Part shown: piece by piece, positions 27,897 through 38,425 of the stretch
How the letters are laid out: every line of letters starts with the position of its first letter
Numbering within the stretch: the first letter of the stretch is position 1
Virus record (IMG/VR): IMGVR_UViG_3300037504_000243
Coordinates: 1-63,022 of that record
From: a virus
Taxonomy: Duplodnaviria > Caudoviricetes
DNA: 63,022 nt
Reading direction: 5' to 3' (one strand)
The notes under the pieces: model-generated
Told to the model about the DNA's origin: nothing
Database searches by the model: none
Seen by the model: the letters and a program-made list of their open reading frames with translations, nothing else
Position numbers and translations under genes: made by a program

Positions 27897-30552
27897 TATG
27901 GCGACTGTAGAAGGAACTATATATCTATGTCCTCGGTCGTGCTCTCAACTGGTCGACTCCACACCAACAAGTGAGAGGGATAGTGTTACTATTACCGCAC
28001 CTGAGGACGGGGTGGAGTATGGAACCGCTATCATCGTCCTCAAACCGTATGCCGTCACCAACCTCACCCCCTATTCAGCCGGCACAATAAAACTACGGAC
28101 CATTACCGGACCGACCTGTGGTGATATATTAAGTTGGCAACGCACAGACAGAGGTATTGTCACTGTCACCTACGCGGCCCCGGATGACTGTAACTGGGAG
28201 TACTCGGAGCTAGGACCACGTAAACCACCTAACTTGACTATCGGCGCTGGTTGGCCTTTGTGGTCATGGTTACTTGAACCAGAACAAGCGGTAGTGCAAC
28301 CGGCCAACGACGACACCAAGGCCGACGCCTACACGTTACTAGGAGATAGTAACACCACTAACCTCACTGTACTATCCATGGTACCAGGGACCTACGTTGC
28401 CGCGTACGAGTACCACCTTAACCTCGCGGGTAACCGTATCGGGACCTTGATACTTAGCGAGTGGGGGACGCCTAATGTAACAGGCGGGTATATCACTAAC
28501 ATTGGCGGGGTCAATGACCTTGACCTGACCGTTACCGTGTTCGGTGAGAGTGTTAACGCTAAAGCCTCTGACCATAGAAGCTGGTCGGTTGACGACTGGG
28601 TAGTGCTAGTACAAAACTGCTGCCAGGATAACAACGGCAACCTCCCTAATTGCTCACCTTACGTAGGCGGCGCACCCGCTGAGTTCCAAGAGTTTGGACC
28701 TGATAATATTCTGACCAACCCCGATAACGACTACATAACACTGCCAGTCGGGTATAGTCTATATGAGCCAGTGAGTGAGGCGATACATAGGTATAGTAGT
28801 ACCGAGTGGGCCGCGTCACTAGACCTGTCAGTTCATCGCGGTGAGGTGACAGCGGTAGACACTGGCAACGACACTTGTACGGTGGCTTTTGAAAATGACT
28901 TCGGGACCATCGCCGACATCCCGGTCAAATATATAGCGCAAGGAGAAAGCAGTTATACAGGCGGGGCCGGGTCGATAGGTGTTGGCGCTAACGTTCTAGT
29001 CCTTAACAAATCAGGTACTAGTACCCCTGTGGCCGGGGACCTGATTGTGTTCTCGGTATGCGATCGGTACGTGCTGTACTTCTATAACGAGGACTATTAT
29101 GATGTTGGTGATGGGTATAGTAAGTATTGTTTTTTCTGGGATAAGGGGACGGACAATTACCTCCAGGGTGTTACCTATAACAACGGGGACCCTGTGCTTG
29201 ACGCGGATTGGCCGGTGTTAGAAAGTGATATCAGTGATTGGATACTGGCCAACTTCCAGGAGTCGCAATACCCGGAGTATTTTTTTGAAGTAGTCAACCA
29301 GCAAGGTACTCATCATCTAAACGAATCGACAGACAGTGTTACCAACTATTGTATCCCAGACTTGGACAACCGATGCACGGAGGACGAATACATCACAAAC
29401 AATATCGGAACTGTTTTTGTCGACCAGTTTTTCACGCCTCATATAAACTACTTTGTTGGGGAAGACGAATACGACCCATACGACGTGTTTCCTTTTGATA
29501 TGACTGGGTACCGAAACGACACTGAGGTATCGGCTGAGGTGGCGGCAAGGATAGTGGTGGTGGAAGGGGAGTTTTATAAAAGTTCATTTATCCCAGAATA
29601 CCGCTACGACAGGTACGTCAACGATATCTACGCGGAGGTCTCAGATGCTACAGACCCCACAAAAACATACCGCGAATACGACGGACCCTACCAAACAGAA
29701 CTAAACCCCACCGCCCCACATGGCCACGACCAGACCCACGATTGGAAATTTCGAGCAGTCATTAAACAACGGCACGGAGATGATTATAGAACTGCCTGGA
29801 CTCACATCCAACTAAACCGCACTGGTACTTCCGACGGTATAGGTGAGATTAAAGGGGCTGGTGCCGGTAACCAAACCGCCGAGCTTGATATTGATATTAC
29901 CGGGACAATGTCGCTGACGATCCCAGGTCTCGGTATCGAGGAGAGCTTCGACTATCTGTGGAGTCAAACTAACTGCACATGGGATGACAGCGACAAAGAG
30001 AATCCAACTGGAGGGTCATACGGATATACAACGGGCGGGATTGGAACTGGTATGAGAAACGGGAAGTGGACAGACGAGGAAGTAGCGATAACCTACCTTG
30101 CCATATTCAAACACACTGAAACCGTCTATGGCACCTACACCAACACTAACGACACACCCGAGAATTTCGATGTTAATACTAACAACCTCGACATCTACGC
30201 GTGGCAAGCGGACGGGAGTGAATATGTAGGTGAAGAGGTGGAAGTGTATGATCGTTTTTTTGTAGCGGATAACAGGTCAAGTAACCTCGAAGCGGCAATC
30301 AAAAAGATGGTGTTGACGTACCAACAACCTGTATCGTTCGCCACCACAAACGCGGGAGGGATTGTTGAATATGACTATCTGGTTGACTCGGACCCAGTCC
30401 AAGGTATCCCAGGTAATCACTATGCTTGCGGTATCCACCTACCAGACAATCTCCCACATTGGGATTTTACAGTTAGCCAATCTGTCTGGGAGAAGTCCTG
30501 GATTTGGGGCGCAAGGATATACGTACCAGAATGTCTACTTGTAAAAATATAA
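27820..30552 (+). CDS. Large tail tip/receptor-binding protein (probable start 27898)
   Basis: 910-aa acidic, aromatic-rich ORF at the end of the tail operon. Confidence 0.6.
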   Translation: MRAGIEFLRQRLRCPPPQPTIARRVSMATVEGTIYLCPRSCSQLVDSTPTSERDSVTITAPEDGVEYGTAIIVLKPYAVTNLTPYSAGTIKLRTITGPTCGDILSWQRTDRGIVTVTYAAPDDCNWEYSELGPRKPPNLTIGAGWPLWSWLLEPEQAVVQPANDDTKADAYTLLGDSNTTNLTVLSMVPGTYVAAYEYHLNLAGNRIGTLILSEWGTPNVTGGYITNIGGVNDLDLTVTVFGESVNAKASDHRSWSVDDWVVLVQNCCQDNNGNLPNCSPYVGGAPAEFQEFGPDNILTNPDNDYITLPVGYSLYEPVSEAIHRYSSTEWAASLDLSVHRGEVTAVDTGNDTCTVAFENDFGTIADIPVKYIAQGESSYTGGAGSIGVGANVLVLNKSGTSTPVAGDLIVFSVCDRYVLYFYNEDYYDVGDGYSKYCFFWDKGTDNYLQGVTYNNGDPVLDADWPVLESDISDWILANFQESQYPEYFFEVVNQQGTHHLNESTDSVTNYCIPDLDNRCTEDEYITNNIGTVFVDQFFTPHINYFVGEDEYDPYDVFPFDMTGYRNDTEVSAEVAARIVVVEGEFYKSSFIPEYRYDRYVNDIYAEVSDATDPTKTYREYDGPYQTELNPTAPHGHDQTHDWKFRAVIKQRHGDDYRTAWTHIQLNRTGTSDGIGEIKGAGAGNQTAELDIDITGTMSLTIPGLGIEESFDYLWSQTNCTWDDSDKENPTGGSYGYTTGGIGTGMRNGKWTDEEVAITYLAIFKHTETVYGTYTNTNDTPENFDVNTNNLDIYAWQADGSEYVGEEVEVYDRFFVADNRSSNLEAAIKKMVLTYQQPVSFATTNAGGIVEYDYLVDSDPVQGIPGNHYACGIHLPDNLPHWDFTVSQSVWEKSWIWGARIYVPECLLVKI

Positions 30553-30591
30553 CCTAGTACAGTAATATCAATACTAGTAAGGAGAATAACC

Positions 30592-31713
30592 GTGGGCAGC
30601 TTATCAGACTATTTAGAGAACGCAATACTAAAACACCTGGTCGACGAAGAGTCATACACTCCACCGACCATCTACGTTGGGTTGTCAACAGCTGACCCGA
30701 CCGACGACGCTAGCGGACTAAGTGAACCGAGCGGTGACGGGTATGCCCGTGTCGCCCATAGTAGTTGGACCACCGCCGCTAGCCGAGGTACCGCCAACAA
30801 CGGTCAAATCACCTTCCCTACAGCTACCGGATCGTGGGGGACTGTCACCCACGTTGCGTTGTTTGACGCTTCAAGCGGTGGTAACATGTTGGCCCACTCA
30901 GCCCTTGACGCTTCAAGGTCTATCGTATCAGGTAATACTTTTGCTATAGCCGACGGTGAGATAACGATAGACTTCAAAGTCTGGAAGTTGTACTACACCA
31001 GCGGCGGGACGTATGAGATACAAGATGATGACACTATAGAAGGCGACACTGGAGGCGCCACTGCCACTGTTCATGACGTTATACTACAGTCTGGTACCTG
31101 GGCTGGAGGTGACGCGGCCGGGTATATCTGGATTAAATCTGTAACTGGTACTTTCCAAAGTGAGACTATTTCGGTAGGTGCTAACAGTAACGTTGCAACA
31201 ATAGACGGTGATTTGGTCGGTGGTATCTCTGACTACCTAGCTCACAAAATGTTAGACCTGATATTCTCCGGGACGGGATACACCGCGCCGTCAATATACG
31301 TGGGGTTTTCCACAGCCAACCCAGAGGACGACGGTGGTGGTACTAGTGAGCCTGTCGGTAACAACTACAGCCGAACTCAGGTCAGCTCGTGGCGGTCGGT
31401 TGCTAACAGTGTAGTTGACAACGCGGCGGAAGTGACGTTACCGACCCCGTCTGGTTCTTGGGGGACGTTGACTCATGAGATACTGATGGACGCGGCGACA
31501 AGCGGTAACCTTCTATACTATGGCAAGCTACGATACACACAAAGCCCCAACAACGGGGACGGGTTAACAATCCCTGTTGGGGCTTTGAACATTGGAGTGG
31601 ACAGGACGTTACCGGTTACTACGACCACGACGACTAGCACTAGCACTACCACGACGTCAACCACTAGTACCACGTCAACGTCAACCACAACCACAACGAC
31701 GACAGCACCTTAA
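30592..31713 (+). CDS. Virion protein with duplicated SDYL...IYVG.STA.P domain and Thr/Ser tail ending TTTAP
   Basis: Two copies of a phage structural domain around a central beta domain; 29-residue S/T tract. Confidence 0.72.
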   Translation: MGSLSDYLENAILKHLVDEESYTPPTIYVGLSTADPTDDASGLSEPSGDGYARVAHSSWTTAASRGTANNGQITFPTATGSWGTVTHVALFDASSGGNMLAHSALDASRSIVSGNTFAIADGEITIDFKVWKLYYTSGGTYEIQDDDTIEGDTGGATATVHDVILQSGTWAGGDAAGYIWIKSVTGTFQSETISVGANSNVATIDGDLVGGISDYLAHKMLDLIFSGTGYTAPSIYVGFSTANPEDDGGGTSEPVGNNYSRTQVSSWRSVANSVVDNAAEVTLPTPSGSWGTLTHEILMDAATSGNLLYYGKLRYTQSPNNGDGLTIPVGALNIGVDRTLPVTTTTTTSTSTTTTSTTSTTSTSTTTTTTTAP

Positions 31714-31913
31714 CCCTTGCCGCTGGTCGATGACTTCTTGACAACCTCGGGGTCTGGTTCCCAGACCCCTTTCCAGTAGTTCCACAGAGCGGCCATGATA
31801 ATCTTTCCTATACTGTAACCCTCAGCCTTGGCTCTCGCTTTAGCCCCGTCCCAGGTTTTCTGGTTCTTGTTTGTGCCTGCGATGATCAAAGTTTTTTTTA
31901 AATGCACACTCAC
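31710..31913 (-). CDS. Small basic protein, possibly ribbon-helix-helix
   Basis: W..AKARAKAEG.SI..II..AL pattern. Confidence 0.5.
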   Translation of the reverse strand: MSVHLKKTLIIAGTNKNQKTWDGAKARAKAEGYSIGKIIMAALWNYWKGVWEPDPEVVKKSSTSGKG

Positions 31914-32185
31914 TATCTGTCCCCTTCGTCCTTATCGTAATAATCACCCATATCGTACGGTTTACTAAACTGAGACTGCATCGCCCGTAGAACAACTATT
32001 TGCTTCAAACCTTCTGAAATATTGTTGTTAGTTTTGTTTAACTTGTCTAGCAACTGGGAGACTCTGCCGAGGTACACGAAGCTAGCTAGTCCCAACAAGA
32101 ACAGTCCAAACAACGGACGGTCTGTAGCCGCGTAGTAAGACGACAACACTACGATAATCAGTTCATACAACAACTGTCCCATCAC
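31913..32185 (-). CDS. Small membrane protein (2 TM)
   Basis: Hydrophobic N-terminal half; coupled to the GT2 gene. Confidence 0.55.
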   Translation of the reverse strand: MMGQLLYELIIVVLSSYYAATDRPLFGLFLLGLASFVYLGRVSQLLDKLNKTNNNISEGLKQIVVLRAMQSQFSKPYDMGDYYDKDEGDR

Positions 32186-33195
32186 TCATCCTCCTTTAAC
32201 CATTTACTAACCCACTCCTGTATATCCACCACAGTCCTATCCTTCACCTTATCTCTCCAGGGTTGGCAATGTTCAACCACCTGTGTTATCATTTCCTTTT
32301 GCTTGTCCGGCCTCACTCCTCCACCTGTCTCAACGTACCTAATCAACATATCCTCACCACCCCAAACATATACTGCGGCAGCTCTATTCCAAGCCATACC
32401 CCAATGGGTGTAATGATAATCACGCTTGTCTCCTTGATGCCTCAAAAACCCATGTAACCAAAGCCAATGCTTATACCCCATTACTACCGGGGCAAAGTTC
32501 ATGAAGTGCTCACCGCCGGAGTATGAGTACCGTTGCGGCCACAGGTCCCCGGTCTGGTCGTTCTTCAAGTCGTTGACTATCTCCCTTGACAGCATCATCC
32601 CGCAAGAGCTAGCACACGGAACCTCGATAACACCAACCCGTTTCGACCAGTTGCGAGACAGGGTGTAACCTAGAAACCCTTTCTCGTCCATCTCGTCTAC
32701 CAGCTTATACCCTAACCCGTGACCTTCGAGTAGTTTATAACTGTTGGCGAAGTGTATTATCCCACCTAAAGTATGGTAGTTGTGACGGTAGAAGTCGAAC
32801 ATTCTGTACAACTGCCCGCGCTGGACTACACAATGCGCGTCACAGAACCAGAGGTAGTCGCTATCGGTTGCCTTGACCCCGACGTTCTTAGCCTGCCAAT
32901 GGCTCAACCTCTCGCTATACGTCAACACTTGTAACCAAGGTTCGTGTTTGGCGACGGCTGACAGGGCAATGTTACTCCGGCTCCTGTTCTCCTTGACATC
33001 TATCTGGTTGACAAACGCGTCGGACTCAGGAGCCGCGTTAATTTCTAGTTGCGATCGCCACTCAGGGCAGTCGTTGTCGATACAGATAATCTGGTACTCA
33101 ATCCCCCGGTCCCGTAGTTCCTCGTGGATTGACGCGACCGTGTATAGTATTTGCGGGTACTCTCCGGCAAATGGTATTATGATTGACAGGTCCAT
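32182..33195 (-). CDS. Glycosyltransferase, GT2/GT-A fold
   Basis: LSIIIP, IICIDN, AKNVG, FCDAH (DxH), SGGE, H.GD. Confidence 0.85.
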   Translation of the reverse strand: MDLSIIIPFAGEYPQILYTVASIHEELRDRGIEYQIICIDNDCPEWRSQLEINAAPESDAFVNQIDVKENRSRSNIALSAVAKHEPWLQVLTYSERLSHWQAKNVGVKATDSDYLWFCDAHCVVQRGQLYRMFDFYRHNYHTLGGIIHFANSYKLLEGHGLGYKLVDEMDEKGFLGYTLSRNWSKRVGVIEVPCASSCGMMLSREIVNDLKNDQTGDLWPQRYSYSGGEHFMNFAPVVMGYKHWLWLHGFLRHQGDKRDYHYTHWGMAWNRAAAVYVWGGEDMLIRYVETGGGVRPDKQKEMITQVVEHCQPWRDKVKDRTVVDIQEWVSKWLKEDE

Positions 33196-33247
33196 TTAAT
33201 TCTCCTCTCTCTTTTCTAACAATACTCACTAAACTGATACTCATAAC

Positions 33248-34021
33248 CTAGCCCTCCTCCTTCTCGTACCACTCTGTAAAAAAGGCCTTCACCCCTTTCT
33301 TTCTGTACCCATTCTCCACCATCCACTCCCGACCAATATCCTTAACCGTCTTACCACCACCTCTCTCACACCATATACACCACCGGTTACTCTCCACCAT
33401 CTCGACCAGTTCCGACAGATCCCCTCGGTGAAACTGTTTCTCAGGGTTGGACTCCGGGTTGATATACTTTGCCGCCTTACTAACAAAGCTACTCCTCAAT
33501 ACTTGTGGGTGGCCGCAAAAACCGAACGTTAACCTTTGATAATCTGGTACTTCGAAACAACCAAGCTCGTCGTTGTACGGCATGAACCGGTTAAACGTTT
33601 TGATATCCTTTTCACCCGCTGGCTTGTCATTCAACCTTACCGACACCACATCCGGGTGGTCGTCCATAAACCTCATTATCTCTTTGAACCTAACCGACCT
33701 CAACAACTCCCAGTCATCCTCCAAATAAATCACATACGGGTACTGGTTCTCGTAGTCCCCTACCGAATACCAGACTGTTCTGAAAGCGTAACCGAACCCA
33801 GGCGACATCGGAAGGTAAACCCTTGTACCGCCAGTCCCCCAACTCTCAACCACACGTACAACCTCCTGTATATCGTCTGGTCCAACGGGGTCAACATTGG
33901 CAATGATAAACGGCGACAGGTATGGTAGGTCCGAGAATGTATGGAAAGTTTGGTATGTCCGGTTTAACAACTCCGCTCGCTTTGTAGCCGTAGTGATGAT
34001 TATAATACTGTCAGTTGACAT
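33248..34021 (-). CDS. Glycosyltransferase, GT-A fold
   Basis: TT...R.ELL..T, YVIYLEDDW, F..HP pattern. Confidence 0.72.
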   Translation of the reverse strand: MSTDSIIIITTATKRAELLNRTYQTFHTFSDLPYLSPFIIANVDPVGPDDIQEVVRVVESWGTGGTRVYLPMSPGFGYAFRTVWYSVGDYENQYPYVIYLEDDWELLRSVRFKEIMRFMDDHPDVVSVRLNDKPAGEKDIKTFNRFMPYNDELGCFEVPDYQRLTFGFCGHPQVLRSSFVSKAAKYINPESNPEKQFHRGDLSELVEMVESNRWCIWCERGGGKTVKDIGREWMVENGYRKKGVKAFFTEWYEKEEG

Positions 34022-34031
34022 AACGACTCCC

Positions 34032-34622
34032 TCATACCTCCCTTACAAAATACAACAAGTTGTCGTAGTACGCTTTGATCCCCGGTTTATTTTTCCACGG
34101 TTTCCAATGCTCTTTGATCCTGTCACAAATACTGGGTCTGTATACGTAGCCAAATACCTTGAGCGATTCAACCCAGTATTCTGGTGGTTGGCAATTGACA
34201 TGGTGATGACCGTCTTGTCCAGGGGGGGCCGCACTACAGAGAATCTGGTCAGACAGGTCTGTAAGGTTTCTAACAAAGACAGACTTGCTCTCCGGCTCTA
34301 TGTGTTCTAACACCTCAAAACATGTGACAAGGTGATACCTCCCAGTCACCAAATTAAGCCTTTGAATGACACGGAAATCTAGATACCAAATACCATTAGT
34401 TTCTGCGTATTCCTTGGCGGCGGTGGACCCCTCGACACCAATGGCGTTTATACCCCGACACTGCCACTCTTTGACCAGATCACCAGTAGCACACCCCACA
34501 TCGACCACGTTAACAGGGTCTATCACTTCTTGTATTGCACCCACAACAATGGGAGCACGCCACCTCAACTTATGTCTCCTGGCAAAAAACCTTTTCCCGT
34601 ATATCTCTTCAAGTGGCTTCAC
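34032..34622 (-). CDS. Class I SAM-dependent methyltransferase (glycan-cluster type)
   Basis: VDVGCATG, CFEVLEHI, SAAPPGQDG.HHVNCQ..EYW. Confidence 0.88.
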   Translation of the reverse strand: MKPLEEIYGKRFFARRHKLRWRAPIVVGAIQEVIDPVNVVDVGCATGDLVKEWQCRGINAIGVEGSTAAKEYAETNGIWYLDFRVIQRLNLVTGRYHLVTCFEVLEHIEPESKSVFVRNLTDLSDQILCSAAPPGQDGHHHVNCQPPEYWVESLKVFGYVYRPSICDRIKEHWKPWKNKPGIKAYYDNLLYFVREV

Positions 34623-34626
34623 TCAC

Positions 34627-35766
34627 CTACCTCCTCTCGGTATAGTAGTGTGCATACTTTAATATGTTGTTCACCTCCACCATTAAGGCACCCCCTCTCG
34701 ACCCCCGTCTTAACCCAGGTACCAGCTTTAAAAACAACGGACCAGACCATCTACTGACCCCACGTTGCTGATCGGTCCATACTGCTGTCTCTTCTCTCCA
34801 CGTTATCTCTCTCTCGTAATAATCATCATCCAGATCCGACAACACCGATGCAACCTGTAACGCTACTGTATGAGGATCATCTGTCGACGCCGCAATCATA
34901 TTCACCCCACCCACTTCATACGTTACAGGTTCGTGGTACTGTGGGTAGCGTATCAGTGCGGGGCAACCGCAAGCATTGGCCTCTAGTAGCGACCGGTCAT
35001 TCTGGCCCGACCCCAAATGTAAAAACAACCTCGTCTTGTTGAACAACCTAGCCAGCTCGTTTCTAGGTAACTCACCTGTCAACTCCACATCCACCTTGCC
35101 CCGTTCAATTTTCTCCATAGCTTTAACCGTATTAATACCCCCACCCCGCAGTTTACCGGGCATTACCGCTCTAAGCTTTTTCTTAAACACCCGCTCGTAT
35201 TCTTCGACCACTTCCACTCCAAACCACTGACCCTTTTTGTCATGGATGTTACTAGCTCCTAGACACACGTCATACTCTTGAACGTAGTCATCAATCATGT
35301 AAAACACATTGTCTTTGATGGGTTTACGGTAAGGGACCACTACAGTATTGTTGCTAGTAGTATAACTCAACTTGATATCCTGCAAGTCATCCAGCACTAC
35401 ATCCCAAAAACCCCACCGCTCCCGGCCGGTATTAGCACCGTAAAAAATCATGGGTATACCCGACTGTTTACAGTGTTCATAAAAATCCGTAGGCTTATAC
35501 CCTCCCCGTACAAACACAACATCATTCGGCTCCAACCAAGGTATGAGTTGGGTGGAGTCCGGCAAACACAACCACTCGATATTCCACCCTATCGACGTCT
35601 TATAGTTAGGCATTGCAGTATTGACCACCAACACCTCAGTAACAACCCCGCTATGTGTCAACCATTCCATTAGATCGAACAACCCATCTTGTCTAAAGTG
35701 TTGGACGTCGGTGCGGTTGTGGGCATAGTGCAGGATTAGCTTACCTCGATTACCATCATCACTCAT
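34627..35766 (-). CDS. Glycosyltransferase, GT4/GT-B-like
   Basis: KKGQ, ELARLFNKTRLFL, DRSLLEANACGCP. Confidence 0.75.
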   Translation of the reverse strand: MSDDGNRGKLILHYAHNRTDVQHFRQDGLFDLMEWLTHSGVVTEVLVVNTAMPNYKTSIGWNIEWLCLPDSTQLIPWLEPNDVVFVRGGYKPTDFYEHCKQSGIPMIFYGANTGRERWGFWDVVLDDLQDIKLSYTTSNNTVVVPYRKPIKDNVFYMIDDYVQEYDVCLGASNIHDKKGQWFGVEVVEEYERVFKKKLRAVMPGKLRGGGINTVKAMEKIERGKVDVELTGELPRNELARLFNKTRLFLHLGSGQNDRSLLEANACGCPALIRYPQYHEPVTYEVGGVNMIAASTDDPHTVALQVASVLSDLDDDYYEREITWREETAVWTDQQRGVSRWSGPLFLKLVPGLRRGSRGGALMVEVNNILKYAHYYTERR

Positions 35767-35779
35767 TGTTTCTCGCTTC

Positions 35780-36124
35780 TCACTTTCTAGGTCTAGGCAC
35801 TTTCATTTTGTTTGACCAACATATGTTACAGTATCCGTTTCTACCCTTCTTGAACTTGCGGCCACAGTGTTTACATATGGTGGATGTATTGGACATACTA
35901 CCGTCCAACTTCCCCACCTTGACATTACGTTTGTATTTGGGGCAATCCTTACAGCCAACCCAACGGCCGTGAGCTAGACCAGTGTAGAACGTTGACACGT
36001 ACGCTCCGAGTTCATGACTCCTGGCCAACTCTTGGTTACGTTTACACGCGGTTCTCGTCAATCTGGCTTTCATTAGTTTACACTCAATTAAACTAAGCCC
36101 CCTGTAGCGCTCGTCGTCACTCAT
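35780..36124 (-). CDS. Cys-rich (zinc-finger-like) hypothetical protein
   Basis: CKDC, CKHC, CNIC. Confidence 0.55.
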   Translation of the reverse strand: MSDDERYRGLSLIECKLMKARLTRTACKRNQELARSHELGAYVSTFYTGLAHGRWVGCKDCPKYKRNVKVGKLDGSMSNTSTICKHCGRKFKKGRNGYCNICWSNKMKVPRPRK

Positions 36125-36129
36125 AACCG

Positions 36130-36489
36130 TTACCTATCTCGACCACTCATCTTCTCAGGGCCCTTGACGATCTTGTATTTTTTATTCAACTCAAACAACA
36201 CGTGCTCTGTTACCTTTTTCAACTGCGCGTCGTAAAGACTATCCACCCAGTCTTTAAACGCCTCTGGTCCTAACCCCCAGATGCTCTCTTTAACTTCGAC
36301 TCCTTCGCGCTCTATCAACTCCACCTCGACACCCCTGTTTTCACACTGGTCCAGCAACGTCTTGACCCGGACCGCTTCACGTATTGGAATATTGGGTGTA
36401 CGTTTATCTCTGTCCTGACTCATTGTTTCTCCCTTTCCTATTGTGTATAATACCCTTAGCCGCTTTTCTCCCGCGCCTAAAAGCCTCAT
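36130..36489 (-). CDS. Hypothetical protein (probable start 36423)
   Basis: GGGAG SD before MSQDRD. Confidence 0.5.
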   Translation of the reverse strand: MRLLGAGEKRLRVLYTIGKGETMSQDRDKRTPNIPIREAVRVKTLLDQCENRGVEVELIEREGVEVKESIWGLGPEAFKDWVDSLYDAQLKKVTEHVLFELNKKYKIVKGPEKMSGRDR

Positions 36490-37570
36490 CCATGTTTAAG
36501 TACTCGTACTGAGCTAGCCTCCCCACTAATGTATGACTAGTCCCTACCTCTTCCTTTCTGTAGTCCCTCGCTCTGATATATTCCGGGTGACCTTCTCGGT
36601 ACGGTATCGGGTAAAACCTACCTTCGTCACCATCTCTCACACTGGACCAGTCTCTAGGGTACTCCTCGACAACTACCGTGCCGTGACACCGTTGTCCTGT
36701 AACGTGTTTGATTTCCACCTGTCTAGTAAAATCGTAGTCGTTAGGGTAGTTAATCTGGACACACGGAAGGGCGGTATCTTGAATGTAGTCCATCGCCTTA
36801 AACATAAAGTCCACAGTGCGGTAATTGAGTTCACCATACTTGTACCCGTGGTACTCATCTAATGGTCCAGTGTAAACAACGTCACTGAATTGTCCCCAGT
36901 CCAGTTCCCTCGCATCGGTCTGTAACAACACACGTATATTGCCGTGGTCCAGTATCCGCTTGAACATAGCAGTGTAGCCGTCGTGCGGCATTTGCTGGTA
37001 CCTGTCAACAAAATACCGGGGGTCGTCAACTCCCCTAAGTGGAATCCGACTAACTAACAAATCTATATCAAGCCCACTAATCGCACCCCACTGTTTGAGA
37101 GTGTACCCCTGGTAGTACTCTTTACCAATTTTACGACCTAGATATTGAACGTGATCGTTTACAAGGATGTCATCATACCCAAACAACATCCCGTCTATTA
37201 TATGTTTTCTGTCCACAATATCGATGTCCTGTTGCCCCTTTATTGTAGGCCCATTTGATACGGACCAAGGGTTTAACGGCAGTGTCCGTAGTTGCCCAAA
37301 CACAAACGTTTTTACATGGTACGGCGGGTTGTATATCCATTCGGTGAACCGGCTCAACCACTTGACTAGCTCACTATCATTAGTATGGAAATAGTGAGGG
37401 CCATACCGATGAGTCAGTACCCCGCCGTGGTAATAATCATAACAGTTACCCGCAACCTGATTCCGCCTATCCACCACTAGTACTTTTAACCCACCGTCAG
37501 CTAACTCCCTAGCGGCAGCTGCCCCTGTCGGACCAGCACCTACCACCAACGCGTCACAGTCATTGAACAT
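36404..37570 (-). CDS. glf: UDP-galactopyranose mutase
   Basis: VVGAGPTG, AGNCYD, HRYGPHYFHT, YTLKQWG, YQQMP..GYT, YTGPLDEY, YPIP, GRLAQYEYLNMD. Confidence 0.93.
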   Translation of the reverse strand: MFNDCDALVVGAGPTGAAAARELADGGLKVLVVDRRNQVAGNCYDYYHGGVLTHRYGPHYFHTNDSELVKWLSRFTEWIYNPPYHVKTFVFGQLRTLPLNPWSVSNGPTIKGQQDIDIVDRKHIIDGMLFGYDDILVNDHVQYLGRKIGKEYYQGYTLKQWGAISGLDIDLLVSRIPLRGVDDPRYFVDRYQQMPHDGYTAMFKRILDHGNIRVLLQTDARELDWGQFSDVVYTGPLDEYHGYKYGELNYRTVDFMFKAMDYIQDTALPCVQINYPNDYDFTRQVEIKHVTGQRCHGTVVVEEYPRDWSSVRDGDEGRFYPIPYREGHPEYIRARDYRKEEVGTSHTLVGRLAQYEYLNMDEAFRRGRKAAKGIIHNRKGRNNESGQR

Positions 37571-37575
37571 AACCC

Positions 37576-37965
37576 TTACCCCTTGTCAAACTCGTTAGCC
37601 ATAAGCTTACTGCTCCAGTCATCAAAAACACCTTGTGCCCTTAACGCCATCTCAAAATACTCAACAACTCTTGTGCTTGTAATAAAACCGTAACTCGAAG
37701 CTAACACGGGTCTACTACCGTCTAACACAGCTTTCAACACACCGTCTCCGTACTGTGCTATGTGATCACGCTTGAAACCAGAGACCTCCTCCCCGTCAAG
37801 CTCTATAACCTTATCCTCCCTATCCCACCACCGATCGGCTCTCATTAATGCTAGAGCTCGCTTTGACAAATCGTCCTGACCCACTACCAACAACATCGCT
37901 TTACTCTTGCTCACACACCACCTCCGTCTCCACCATGTTATCGTTAACCTCAACCACTTGTTCAT
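37576..37965 (-). CDS. Hypothetical protein
   Basis: ORF in the operon; true start probably downstream. Confidence 0.45.
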   Translation of the reverse strand: MNKWLRLTITWWRRRWCVSKSKAMLLVVGQDDLSKRALALMRADRWWDREDKVIELDGEEVSGFKRDHIAQYGDGVLKAVLDGSRPVLASSYGFITSTRVVEYFEMALRAQGVFDDWSSKLMANEFDKG

Positions 37966-38425
37966 AGACCTGTAGACAGTTACTACAAATCAGATTACCC
38001 GACCCCTCTATTATGAACTCACTGTATTCATCAACACTGTCATCATACTCATCCGTGTTGATCTCATAACACAATGGGCAAATCAACCTAGTAGAAAATG
38101 TGTAGTCTCTCTCCGGGTAGTTAGTAGTAATCCCCCATTGCCCTTTCATTTTCCATACACGGGAGTTAACCTCGTCCTCTTCGTGATCGTTTCCACAGTT
38201 AGTGCCGCGGTACTCATACCCCACCATAACCGCCGCTATCTCCTCGAACCTGGCCTTAGCGTCCGTCTCACTCTTGCACACGGTACTCAGGACCTCGTCA
38301 TCCTTGAACACTACCTCCACGTAATAGTGTGGACTGACCAGAGCCGCTTTCCTATAACCGTAATGCGCTGACTTAAAATCATTTTTATCAAATACGAAAC
38401 CACCCGCCTTAACAATCATCCTCAC
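37901..38425 (-). CDS. Hypothetical protein with C-terminal zinc ribbon
   Basis: CPLC...CSNC. Confidence 0.55.
   Translation of the reverse strand: MRMIVKAGGFVFDKNDFKSAHYGYRKAALVSPHYYVEVVFKDDEVLSTVCKSETDAKARFEEIAAVMVGYEYRGTNCGNDHEEDEVNSRVWKMKGQWGITTNYPERDYTFSTRLICPLCYEINTDEYDDSVDEYSEFIIEGSGNLICSNCLQVYEQVVEVNDNMVETEVVCEQE

Noticed and set aside
12640-30552. Diversity-generating retroelement or invertible fibre cassette
   Set aside because: No reverse transcriptase, invertase or TR/VR pair noticed
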